Shown here piece by piece: positions 56,599-64,000 of a DNA stretch of 64,000 nucleotides (its first letter is position 1; each line of letters begins with the position of its first letter). The notes under the pieces are model-generated. The model did no database searches, was not told where the DNA came from, and was given only the letters and a program-made list of their open reading frames with translations. A program made the translations under genes and the position numbers. The stretch comes from Candidatus Multivoradales bacterium (GTDB lineage: Bacteria > Acidobacteriota > Thermoanaerobaculia > Multivoradales > JAHEKO01): the NCBI GenBank assembly GCA_965223855.1, contig CBDCXM010000009.1, positions 1,440,001-1,504,000 of the forward strand, read 5' to 3'.

Positions 56599-56840
56599 TA
56601 CTCCGGCTCTTCTTCGAGCAGGCGATCGATCAGGTCGTTGGAGACGGCACTCCCGCGCCTCGGCAGCGGCTCGAAACCGTAGAAACCTTGCGGTTCGGCG
56701 ACCTCGCCTGCCGTGCGCTCGCCGATCAGGCCTTTGCGGGCCATCTCCGAAAGCACCTCCCCCGCCGAGCGACCCTCGCGACGGGCTCGTTCCCTCACAG
56801 CGTGAAGGACGTCATCGGCGATGTTCAGTGTGGTGCGCAC
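56598..56840 (-). CDS. vapB: VapB/CopG-type RHH antitoxin
   Basis: MRTTLNIADDVL...SAGEVLSEMARKGL...VSNDLIDRL; stop/start overlap with vapC. Confidence 0.88.
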   Translation of the reverse strand: MRTTLNIADDVLHAVRERARREGRSAGEVLSEMARKGLIGERTAGEVAEPQGFYGFEPLPRRGSAVSNDLIDRLLEEEPE

Positions 56841-56860
56841 GCATCAGATGCTATCGCATC
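56841..56860 (-). promoter_or_regulatory. vapBC -10 box (TAGCAT) with overlapping GCATC/GATGC palindromic operator
   Basis: + strand GCATC-A-GATGC-TATC-GCATC; -10 at 56848-56853, 7 nt before GTG. Confidence 0.6.
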
Positions 56861-58236
56861 ACGTCCTGGCTGTCTGGGCTTCGCCTTGCTTCGTCCCAAC
56901 TGCCGTCGCGCTGCCGGACCGCGAGCCCGACGATCTGTCCCTCCGAGTTCCGCTCGAAGCGCACCAGGGCGCCCGGGACGCGCGGTAGCTCGAACTCTTC
57001 GTTTCCGAGCGGGCGGAGCACGAGCTTCGGGGCGACTCTTCTGGTTCCGCTGCCCGGCTGCCGGGAGTCCGCTACGTCGATCCGTTGAAGATGGAGCTCG
57101 CCGCCGTCCAGAGTGATCCGGCGATTGCCGTAGAGGCCGACGTAGTCCTCGGCGCCTTCGAGCGGCGGTGGCGCCTCCCGCTCGACACCGAGCTCCGCGA
57201 GGGCGCGATCGAGTGCGCCCTCGGCGCTCACCTCCAGGTGGGGCGTCACTCCCGTGCCTTCCCAATCGAGGCCGGTGTGGGGATCGAACGTGCGCCCGAC
57301 GGGGAGGAAGACCTCGAAGCGTCCGCCGCCGAAGCTCTCGACTCCGCCGTAGTGACCGGCGCCGCCGGTCGCGGTTCCGACCAGGGTGGCTCGCCCGCTC
57401 GCCTTGAGCGCCAACGCCAGGTGCTCGCAGGCGGAGCCGGTACCGCCGGTGAGCACATAGACCGGCGTGGCGGTCCACGGGCCCTCCGGGTCCTGCGGGT
57501 CGGCCCAGTGGAAGCGACGCACCAACCCGTCCGGGGCCGGCTCGCGAGTCAGCGTCGCAGACTCGGAGAACACCGCGCCGCTGCTGCGCTCGGCCTCGGC
57601 GCGGGTGTCCATCGTGACGAGGTGAGTGCGCTGTCCGTAGAGGCGCGAGAAGAGGACGTCCATCACCGGCAGCGTGCCGCCGGGACAGGCGCGCAGGTCG
57701 AGGATCAGCGCCCGGGCGCCCTCGTACTCGGCGAGAAAGTCGGCCATCGCCTGCTGGCTGGCTTCGTCCCCCGGGAGCAGGTTGACGGCCACATAGGCGA
57801 CGTCGTCCGCGATCCACCGGGCACCCGAGAGCGCCTGGCCCGCCGGCATCCCGAGCGGACGTCGGCGCCGGGGCGCCTCACGCTGGTCGCCGATAGCGGT
57901 GACGCGAAGATGGGCATCCTCGTGCACTCCGTTGAGTTCGGCTTCGAACGCCGCGGCGAGCTCGGCCGGGTCGGTCATCGCGTCGTAGGCACCACCGGCG
58001 ACGCGTTCGCGCAGATGCGCCGAGTACCGGGCGCCCACTTCGGGGAAGACGTAGTTCTCCTCCAGCAGCTCCGCAAGCTCGGTCGCGCTGTTCCGGATGT
58101 CGGCGGGGTCGAGTCCGCCTGTGGGCTCCGTTGCGCCACGGCTTGGCACAGCCGCGCTGCCGACGAGCAGAAGGACGAGCAGGAGGATCCTGACCGGGCT
58201 GGGAGTGGGCGAAACGTTGGTGTCTGCAGGGGGCAT
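56851..58236 (-). CDS. S41 family peptidase (secreted)
   Basis: AAGGAG RBS; signal peptide; ENYVFPE; D.HLRV; LILDLR.CPGG; TGSACE; GTATGG; WEGTGVTP. Confidence 0.88.
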   Translation of the reverse strand: MPPADTNVSPTPSPVRILLLVLLLVGSAAVPSRGATEPTGGLDPADIRNSATELAELLEENYVFPEVGARYSAHLRERVAGGAYDAMTDPAELAAAFEAELNGVHEDAHLRVTAIGDQREAPRRRRPLGMPAGQALSGARWIADDVAYVAVNLLPGDEASQQAMADFLAEYEGARALILDLRACPGGTLPVMDVLFSRLYGQRTHLVTMDTRAEAERSSGAVFSESATLTREPAPDGLVRRFHWADPQDPEGPWTATPVYVLTGGTGSACEHLALALKASGRATLVGTATGGAGHYGGVESFGGGRFEVFLPVGRTFDPHTGLDWEGTGVTPHLEVSAEGALDRALAELGVEREAPPPLEGAEDYVGLYGNRRITLDGGELHLQRIDVADSRQPGSGTRRVAPKLVLRPLGNEEFELPRVPGALVRFERNSEGQIVGLAVRQRDGSWDEARRSPDSQDVMR

Positions 58237-58354
58237 GCACAGCTCCTTTCGACCGAGGTGCTCTCGGTGTGTCGGCTTCCACTCCTAGCAACGCCGCTGC
58301 ACCGGAAGCGTTCCCGTCGAGGTCGCTGGCGGGCCTGTCCGGCGAAGGCTGTCT

Positions 58355-58719
58355 CTATGGGTCTTCGGGCGGTTCCCAGAGTTCGATCTTGTTGCCCTCG
58401 GGGTCGTAGACCCAGGCGAACCTGCCGTACTCCTCGTCCTGTCGCTCATTGTCGATCGAGACGCCGGCCGCGGCGAGCCGCTCGAGGAGTCCGTCGAGAT
58501 CCCGCACTCGAAGGTTGACCATGAACTGCTGCTCGTCGCGGCCGAAGTAGTCGGTGTTGCGAGCGAACGGCGCGAAGACGGTGGCGCCCGCCTCTTGAGT
58601 CCACACGCCGCCCTGGCTGCCCTGGGCGATGCCGAAGTGCTCCTCGTACCAGCCGCAAGGCCGCTCGGATCGTCCGCGCGGAAGAACAGCCCTCCGATGC
58701 CGAGCACGTGAGAGGTCAT
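58355..58719 (-). pseudogene. VOC/glyoxalase family gene with a 1-nt frameshift near 58652
   Basis: MTSHVLGIGGLFFRADDP in one frame, WYEEHFG...MVNLRV.DLD...YGRFAWVYDPEGNKIELWEP in another; span 365 nt. Confidence 0.8.
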
Positions 58720-58738
58720 GGGGGAGTTATAGCAGGGT

Positions 58739-59644
58739 CTATCGCGAGGCCCGGTCGCAGCGAAAACTCGTCCCGTCGCGTTCGAAGGACTCCTCGCCGG
58801 TCGGCGGCCGCAGCGCGCCGCGCCAGTCGCGGTACCAGGTCTCGGGATCTTCGTCGCTGCGATAGTCGGCCGAGAACGAACTCCAGTCGGCGGCGAAGTC
58901 GAGCACGATGTCGCCCTCGCCGTCGTCATCGAACCAGCGGCCGGTGAAGCGGTGCCCGTCGAGAGTACCGGCAATGCGGCCCGCCACGTTGCGGGGGGCG
59001 ATCGAGTAGTACCCCGTCAGCTGGGCAAGAGAGCCGTGGGCAGGAGAGCTCAGTTCGCCGGCGAACCGCAGGTCGAATTCGCCGTGAGGCGTGCAGTAGC
59101 GCAAGATCCGCGCGGCGGGCTCCGCTGCCGGCCGGCGCCGGGTGGGTGTCCGGCCTACGACGGTCCACGTCCGGCCTTCGTCCCCGGACCGCTCGTCGAG
59201 CACCACGAACGAGTCCGGGCCGATCTCGGTGGCCCGCAGTCGCTTGCGCTCCGCGCCCTCGTCCCCGAGCCGCTCGAAGAGCACGTCCTCGCCGTCGGCG
59301 CGCCAGCGGTAGCGGGCGCTGCCGCCGTGACTGAAGAGCAGGGTCTCGTGCAGCTCACCCGATCCGGGATCGATCGCTGCCAGCGAGACGAAGCCGAGGC
59401 TCCCGTCCGCGCTCTCGAAGCGCTGGCTCACACCGCAGCCGCCGGCGACGGGTACGACGACGAGGGTGCCGAGTGTCTCCTCTTCCTCGGCTCCCTGGAA
59501 CTCGGTCCAGGTGCCGATGAACGGCCGGGTGAGCGCGCCGACGGTGTCCTCGCAGCCGGTCTCGGCGAGCGCCTCCGCAGCTGCGGGGCCGAGACCGGCG
59601 ACGACCAGCCAGGCGAGACAGAGCGTGCTCGGGCGCTTTCTCAT
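58739..59644 (-). CDS. Secreted two-domain beta-rich hypothetical protein
   Basis: Signal peptide; FIGTW...; SGDEGRTW; second domain G.W.DDDGEG. Confidence 0.65.
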   Translation of the reverse strand: MRKRPSTLCLAWLVVAGLGPAAAEALAETGCEDTVGALTRPFIGTWTEFQGAEEEETLGTLVVVPVAGGCGVSQRFESADGSLGFVSLAAIDPGSGELHETLLFSHGGSARYRWRADGEDVLFERLGDEGAERKRLRATEIGPDSFVVLDERSGDEGRTWTVVGRTPTRRRPAAEPAARILRYCTPHGEFDLRFAGELSSPAHGSLAQLTGYYSIAPRNVAGRIAGTLDGHRFTGRWFDDDGEGDIVLDFAADWSSFSADYRSDEDPETWYRDWRGALRPPTGEESFERDGTSFRCDRASR

Positions 59645-59662
59645 CTTCCGGAGAAATCCCGG

Positions 59663-61933
59663 CTAGCGACCGCTCGTGGAAGCGAAGCTCGACATCGGCC
59701 TCGGGGCTGTTCGTTGCGGCAGGGCACGACCGGCCGGCACCACCCGGACCGGTGTGCGGACCATCTCGGCCAGCACTTCACCGGGCCGCGGATCGTCGTC
59801 GGAGAGAGCGGTCTGGCCGCCGAGAACGTAGACGTGACCGTCGTCGAACCAGGTGACCGCTCCGATGAGCGGGCGGGGCAGCGCGACGTCGAGCACCCGC
59901 CACCGGTCGGTCTCGATGTCGTAGAGCTGGATCGCCGCCGTCGTGGCACTGCCATGTCCTGCGCCGCCCAGGAGCAGCAGGTGGCGCTCGTCGATCGCGA
60001 CGATCTGATGGCCGACGTGATGGACGGCGATCGGCAGGTCGGCGAGCCGGCTCCAGCGGTCGCTCTCGAAGTCGTAGCGGTGGGCGTAGGGGTGGGCGAT
60101 GTAGGCACCGGGCGCAGCGTCCTCGTCCTCCTCGGCCGCCGTCGCCGCATGGCCGTGCTCACCGCCCACCAGGTAGAGCGAGAGCCCGAGTGGGCCGCGG
60201 AGAGTGACGGAGCCGAAATGATCGCTGGCGACAGGCCTGTCGCGGTGGCGACGCCAGCCGCCGGATCCGCCCGACTCGAGGATCCAGTGCTCGCGGCACG
60301 GCGTCTTGCGGTCCTCGAGGTCGCCGGGGAAGAGGTGGAGTTGCCCACGCCAGTAGGCGAGCGCTCCGCAGTAGCGCGGCACCGGCAGGTCCGGAAGCCG
60401 CGACCACGTGTCGGTGGTGGCGGAGAGCATCCAGCACGATCGCAGTGCACGAGCGTAGCGGGGGCCGCGCTGTCCGGCCACCAGGTAGACGTTGCCCGAG
60501 TCGTCGTGGCAGATCCCGCCGTGAGAGCGGGCGATCTCGGCATCGGTCCCATCCGGGAAGGGCGGTCCCGGGCTCCAGTCGAGGTTGTCCAGGTCGAGCC
60601 ATACGGGCGGCCCGGTGTTGACGTCCCAATAGGTCTGGCCGAAGCCGCCGAAGAGCAGCAACCGTCGGCCCACCCGGCAGGCGTGAGCCTCGATGTGAGG
60701 TGCCGGGGAGCCCTTGCCGGTCCGTTCCCACTTGCCGATCTCGACTACCGGTCGCTTCCTCACGCGCTCGAGGACCTCGAGCCACTCCCTCGCCTGGCGG
60801 CGTTCGGTGAAGCTGCGACGGACCCGCCGCAGCCCCGCCTCGCCGAACGACCGCGCCAGCTCGGGGTGGCTCCGCAGATAGTCCATCTGGTCGACCACGG
60901 TAGCGAGGTCCTCCGTCCCGTGAAGCCAGCCGGTCACGCGATGGAGGACGATCTCGACCGTGCCGCCGAGGTCGGTGCCTAGGACCGGCAGGCCGTAGGC
61001 CATCGCCTCGATCGACACCCGGCCGAACGCTTCACCCGGCGGGAGGGAGTGCACCACGAGAAGGTCGGCCGCCGCATAGTGATCACCGACTTCAGCCGTC
61101 GGTGGCTCGAAGTGAACCAGCTCCCGCCGACGCTCCGGCCACGCTTCGAGGTCGGAGCGGATCGTCGCCGCCTCGCCGACGTCGTGGGCGCCGACGAGCA
61201 CCAGATGGGGAGGGGAGGGCTCGTCCTCTCCCAGACGCTCGAGCCATCGTCCGAAAGCCCGGGTGACGAGGCGACTCCCCTTGTGCGGCAGCACGCCCAC
61301 GACCAGCACCACGAAGGCGTCGCGGGGGATGCCGAGTCGGGTACGGGTGCGGCGACGCGGCGCTCCGGCGCGAACCCGAGGCTCGAGGCTCGACTCCTGA
61401 GCTCGGGCATCGACCGCCGCGCTGAGGAAGTCGTCGGTGAGACCGGGGTGGATCACCTCCCATGCGGAGTCGAGGGGACGGTCGTGGGGCGTCCACGCTT
61501 CGCGGCAGACGTGCGAATCGAAGACCGCTTGCCCGGCCCGCAGCACCTTAGCCCGAGCCTCCGGCGAGACGTACGGTGCTCCCGCTTCGTGCAGCCAGAA
61601 GATCGTCCGGGCGGCCAGCCGGCGGGCCAGCGCATCGCCGGGCGCGATCAACTCCTCGAACCAGGGACGGGGCAACGAGGTGTTGACCACGATCACGTCG
61701 TAGCCCTCGTCGATCGCCCGCCGGTCCGACGGATCGGGTAGCTCCAGTCGCTCGATCCCGTGTCGGGCGAAGAACGCCCCGAAATGGGGATGCTCGTCGA
61801 TCCCCTCGTAGGCGGCGAGCGACACCCGCCATCCTTCGCGGCGCCACAGAGCCGCGACCTCGGCACACAGCAGTGGCGCACCGGAGAGAGACAGATCGTG
61901 GCTGATCAGCAGGACGCGCAGCGGATCGGGCAT
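59663..61933 (-). CDS. GT4 glycosyltransferase fused to a Kelch-repeat beta-propeller
   Basis: LLISHDLSLSGAP; GEAFGRVSIEAMAYGLPVLGTDLGGTVEIV; Kelch blades LLLFGG, VYLVAGQ, W..LPDLP, LYLVGG, LLLLGG, VYVLGG. Confidence 0.85.
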   Translation of the reverse strand: MPDPLRVLLISHDLSLSGAPLLCAEVAALWRREGWRVSLAAYEGIDEHPHFGAFFARHGIERLELPDPSDRRAIDEGYDVIVVNTSLPRPWFEELIAPGDALARRLAARTIFWLHEAGAPYVSPEARAKVLRAGQAVFDSHVCREAWTPHDRPLDSAWEVIHPGLTDDFLSAAVDARAQESSLEPRVRAGAPRRRTRTRLGIPRDAFVVLVVGVLPHKGSRLVTRAFGRWLERLGEDEPSPPHLVLVGAHDVGEAATIRSDLEAWPERRRELVHFEPPTAEVGDHYAAADLLVVHSLPPGEAFGRVSIEAMAYGLPVLGTDLGGTVEIVLHRVTGWLHGTEDLATVVDQMDYLRSHPELARSFGEAGLRRVRRSFTERRQAREWLEVLERVRKRPVVEIGKWERTGKGSPAPHIEAHACRVGRRLLLFGGFGQTYWDVNTGPPVWLDLDNLDWSPGPPFPDGTDAEIARSHGGICHDDSGNVYLVAGQRGPRYARALRSCWMLSATTDTWSRLPDLPVPRYCGALAYWRGQLHLFPGDLEDRKTPCREHWILESGGSGGWRRHRDRPVASDHFGSVTLRGPLGLSLYLVGGEHGHAATAAEEDEDAAPGAYIAHPYAHRYDFESDRWSRLADLPIAVHHVGHQIVAIDERHLLLLGGAGHGSATTAAIQLYDIETDRWRVLDVALPRPLIGAVTWFDDGHVYVLGGQTALSDDDPRPGEVLAEMVRTPVRVVPAGRALPQRTAPRPMSSFASTSGR

Positions 61934-62136
61934 TCGCGGCCCATTCTTGCGCAGCGCGAGCCGCCCGGCATCGACTGGGTGTGGATCGGCACTGCCGGTC
62001 CGGCCTTTCGAGCTCCACAGCCCACGCTGGATCCCCGGGATGCCCCCCAACGCGGGGAAGTCGAGCGACGTCGGGTCTCGCGGTGCGACGAGGCGGGCGA
62101 ACCGTCGTATCCTCTGCTCCGTCCTGAGGTGCCACG

Positions 62137-63333
62137 ATGGACGCCCGCGGAGATCTCATCATGCCTGCGAAGCCGTCACCAGTCAGTGCCAGACCGCCCA
62201 GTGCCAGACCGCCCAGTGACAGACTGGCCAGTGACAGACTGGCCAGTGACAGACTGGCCAGTGCCAGCGCCGTGAGCACACTGGTGCTCGTTTCCTTTCT
62301 CGCGGTCACGGGAGTTTCCGCGCAGGGCAATGCCTATGGCATCAACGTCCACGCGCCGGCGGGCTCCCAGCTCAACTTCCTCTTCGACAAGGTCGAGGCC
62401 GCCGGCATCGGCTGGGTGCGGATCGACCTGGTCTGGGCGAACGTCGAGGCACAGGAGGACGTCTACAACTGGGCGCTCTACGACGCGCTGGTCGCAGCAG
62501 CCCAGGCTCGCGGTCTCAAGATCCTGGCGATCGTCGCCTACACACCCGGCTGGGCGACCGACGGTCCGCCCGTCGCCGGAGTGCCGCGCGACGTCACCGA
62601 CTGGGAGGAGTTCTGCTTCCTGGCGGCGGATCGCTACGCCGACACGATCCATGCCTGGGAGATCTGGAACGAGCCCAACCTCGACCACTTCTGGGACGGC
62701 ACCCGCAGTGAGTACATCAACCTGATCCTGCGGCCCGGCACCGACGCCATCCGCGCGGCCGATCCCGACGCCCAGGTCGGCGGCCCCGGCCTGGCGCACC
62801 TCGTCTCCGGCGACCAGGACTGGTATCGCTGGTTGCTGGAGATCCTGCAGCAGGCCGGGGACAGGTTCGACTTCGCCACCCATCACGCCTACGACAACGA
62901 CGGTCGAGTGGACGTCACCGAGAAGCTGAACGAGGACACCCTGTTCGGCGACGACCCCGATCTGTGGGACCTCGTGCCGCCGTCGACTCGTGAGGTGCTG
63001 ATCGAGGCCGGTTGGTTTCCGCGCCCGGTCTGGCTGACCGAGACCGGCTGGGCGACCGACCAGGTCACCGAGGCACAGCAGGCTGTCTACTACGGCGACT
63101 TCCTGTCCCGGTGGTTCGTCGGCGACCCCGGCCACGACTGGATCGACAGGATCTTCTTCTACGTGATCCAGGACTTCACGACTCCCGGGATCCCGCAGTG
63201 GGGGGTGCTGCGCACCGACGGCAGCGAGAAGCCCGCCTACGTCGTCTACCGCGACTTCATCGGCGGCGACACGATCTTCCAGGACGGCTTCGAGTCCGGC
63301 AACACGGCGGCCTGGTCGGCGACGGTGCCTTAG
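62137..63333 (+). CDS. Secreted clan GH-A glycoside hydrolase (GH5/GH39-like) with C-terminal DGFE tag
   Basis: YGINVH; GIGWVRID; WEIWNEPN (acid/base); WLTETGW (nucleophile); KPAY; ends IFQDGFESGNTAAWSATVP; start may be 62161. Confidence 0.85.
   Translation: MDARGDLIMPAKPSPVSARPPSARPPSDRLASDRLASDRLASASAVSTLVLVSFLAVTGVSAQGNAYGINVHAPAGSQLNFLFDKVEAAGIGWVRIDLVWANVEAQEDVYNWALYDALVAAAQARGLKILAIVAYTPGWATDGPPVAGVPRDVTDWEEFCFLAADRYADTIHAWEIWNEPNLDHFWDGTRSEYINLILRPGTDAIRAADPDAQVGGPGLAHLVSGDQDWYRWLLEILQQAGDRFDFATHHAYDNDGRVDVTEKLNEDTLFGDDPDLWDLVPPSTREVLIEAGWFPRPVWLTETGWATDQVTEAQQAVYYGDFLSRWFVGDPGHDWIDRIFFYVIQDFTTPGIPQWGVLRTDGSEKPAYVVYRDFIGGDTIFQDGFESGNTAAWSATVP
62184..62267. repeat. In-frame 15-bp tandem repeat, about 5.6 copies
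   Basis: cagtgccagaccgcc x2, cagtgacagactggc x3, partial cagtgccag. Confidence 0.9.
63274..63333 (+). other. C-terminal 19-aa DGFE tag, copy 3
   Basis: IFQDGFESGNTAAWSATVP-stop. Confidence 0.75.
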
Positions 63334-63383
63334 CGGCGGCTGCCTTTCTCACCCTGAATCCCTGGGATGCCATCAGGCGAACG

Positions 63384-64000
63384 TCAGCCTGCGAGCCACT
63401 CCCGGCAGCGCGACTGCTGGGAGTCCTCACCCTCGGCGGGGTAGCCGTCGCACGCTGAGCTCACCAGTTGTCGCACGCTCTCGACGACGGCGTCGTGTTC
63501 GCCGTCCTCGTTCCACGCCCCGAAGGCGCGCTCGAGCTGCCCGAGCCGCAGGCTGTTGCCCAGGGCGAAGGCGTCGCCGTGGGTCAGGAGCTCTCCCAAT
63601 ACCTCGCGCGCCGCCGCCTCGATCGTCTCCGGGCGCTCGGGAGTGAGCTCCATGAGTTGCCGCAGATAGTTGGATCCCCACCGGAATCGGGTGTAGCGGC
63701 CGTTGGCCCCCTCCCACGCCTGGCGGTAGAGGTCGATCGCTTCGTCGTTCTCGCCGGCCTCCTTCTTGAGGCTCGCCAGCCAGGACATGAAGTAGTACGG
63801 GGCTTCGGTGCCGGCGAGGTTGTCGGCGAGGAGTTGCTGTGCCTCCTCCGGGAGGCCCGCATCGTCGAGCACCGCTGCCGCCGTGTTGAGGAGCGTCTGC
63901 ATCTCGCCGCCGTCCTTGGACGCACCGACGGCCCAGGCGACCCGTTCCCGCACGTGGTCGACCAGCGCCGCGGGCAGCGGTGAGTCCTCTTCCTCCGCTG
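63384..64000 (-). CDS. C-terminal part of a helical TPR-like protein (gene starts beyond the window)
   Basis: Open frame; YYFMSWLA...AIDLYRQAW...TRFRWGSNY; terminal Cys pair. Confidence 0.6.
   Translation of the reverse strand, partial: AEEEDSPLPAALVDHVRERVAWAVGASKDGGEMQTLLNTAAAVLDDAGLPEEAQQLLADNLAGTEAPYYFMSWLASLKKEAGENDEAIDLYRQAWEGANGRYTRFRWGSNYLRQLMELTPERPETIEAAAREVLGELLTHGDAFALGNSLRLGQLERAFGAWNEDGEHDAVVESVRQLVSSACDGYPAEGEDSQQSRCREWLAG

Noticed and set aside
56170-56860. vapBC as marker of a mobile island
   Set aside because: No integrase, transposase, flanking repeats or obvious compositional shift
62184-62267. Possible CRISPR array
   Set aside because: Units are contiguous 15-mers with no unique spacers, and no cas genes are present

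Overview
High-GC bacterial chromosomal window with about 50 protein-coding genes. No rRNA, tRNA, CRISPR array, integrase or transposase is recognisable. The gene repertoire suggests Acidobacteriota, probably Thermoanaerobaculia-like (inference). Main contents: (i) a porin-cytochrome extracellular electron transfer locus (MtrB/PioB barrel + decaheme MtrA/DmsE) divergent from a monoheme MtoD-like cytochrome, a NapC/NirT tetraheme cytochrome, nifJ and a dihydroorotate-dehydrogenase-like gene; (ii) many secreted or lipoprotein hydrolases (two caspase-like proteases, GDA1/CD39 NTPDase, cPLA2/patatin-like lipase, M28 and S41 peptidases, esterase, clan GH-A glycosidase); (iii) transporters (TonB-dependent receptor, SLC13, Na/Pi, LysE), ppk2 and vapBC; (iv) orphans (contractile tail sheath, MbtH, ExbD). 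Most notable observations: three unrelated secreted proteins share the same 19-residue C-terminal tag ([IV]FxDGFE[ST]G[DN]TxxWSxT[VI]P-stop), a candidate protein-sorting signal; a single-chain tandem CsrA-like protein lacks the RNA-binding Arg; many genes have a -10 box 5-7 nt before the start codon and no SD (leaderless architecture), including one apparent ATC start. Start codons were re-picked by eye where RBS or -10 evidence disagreed with the ORF track. All family assignments come from motif recognition, not database searches.
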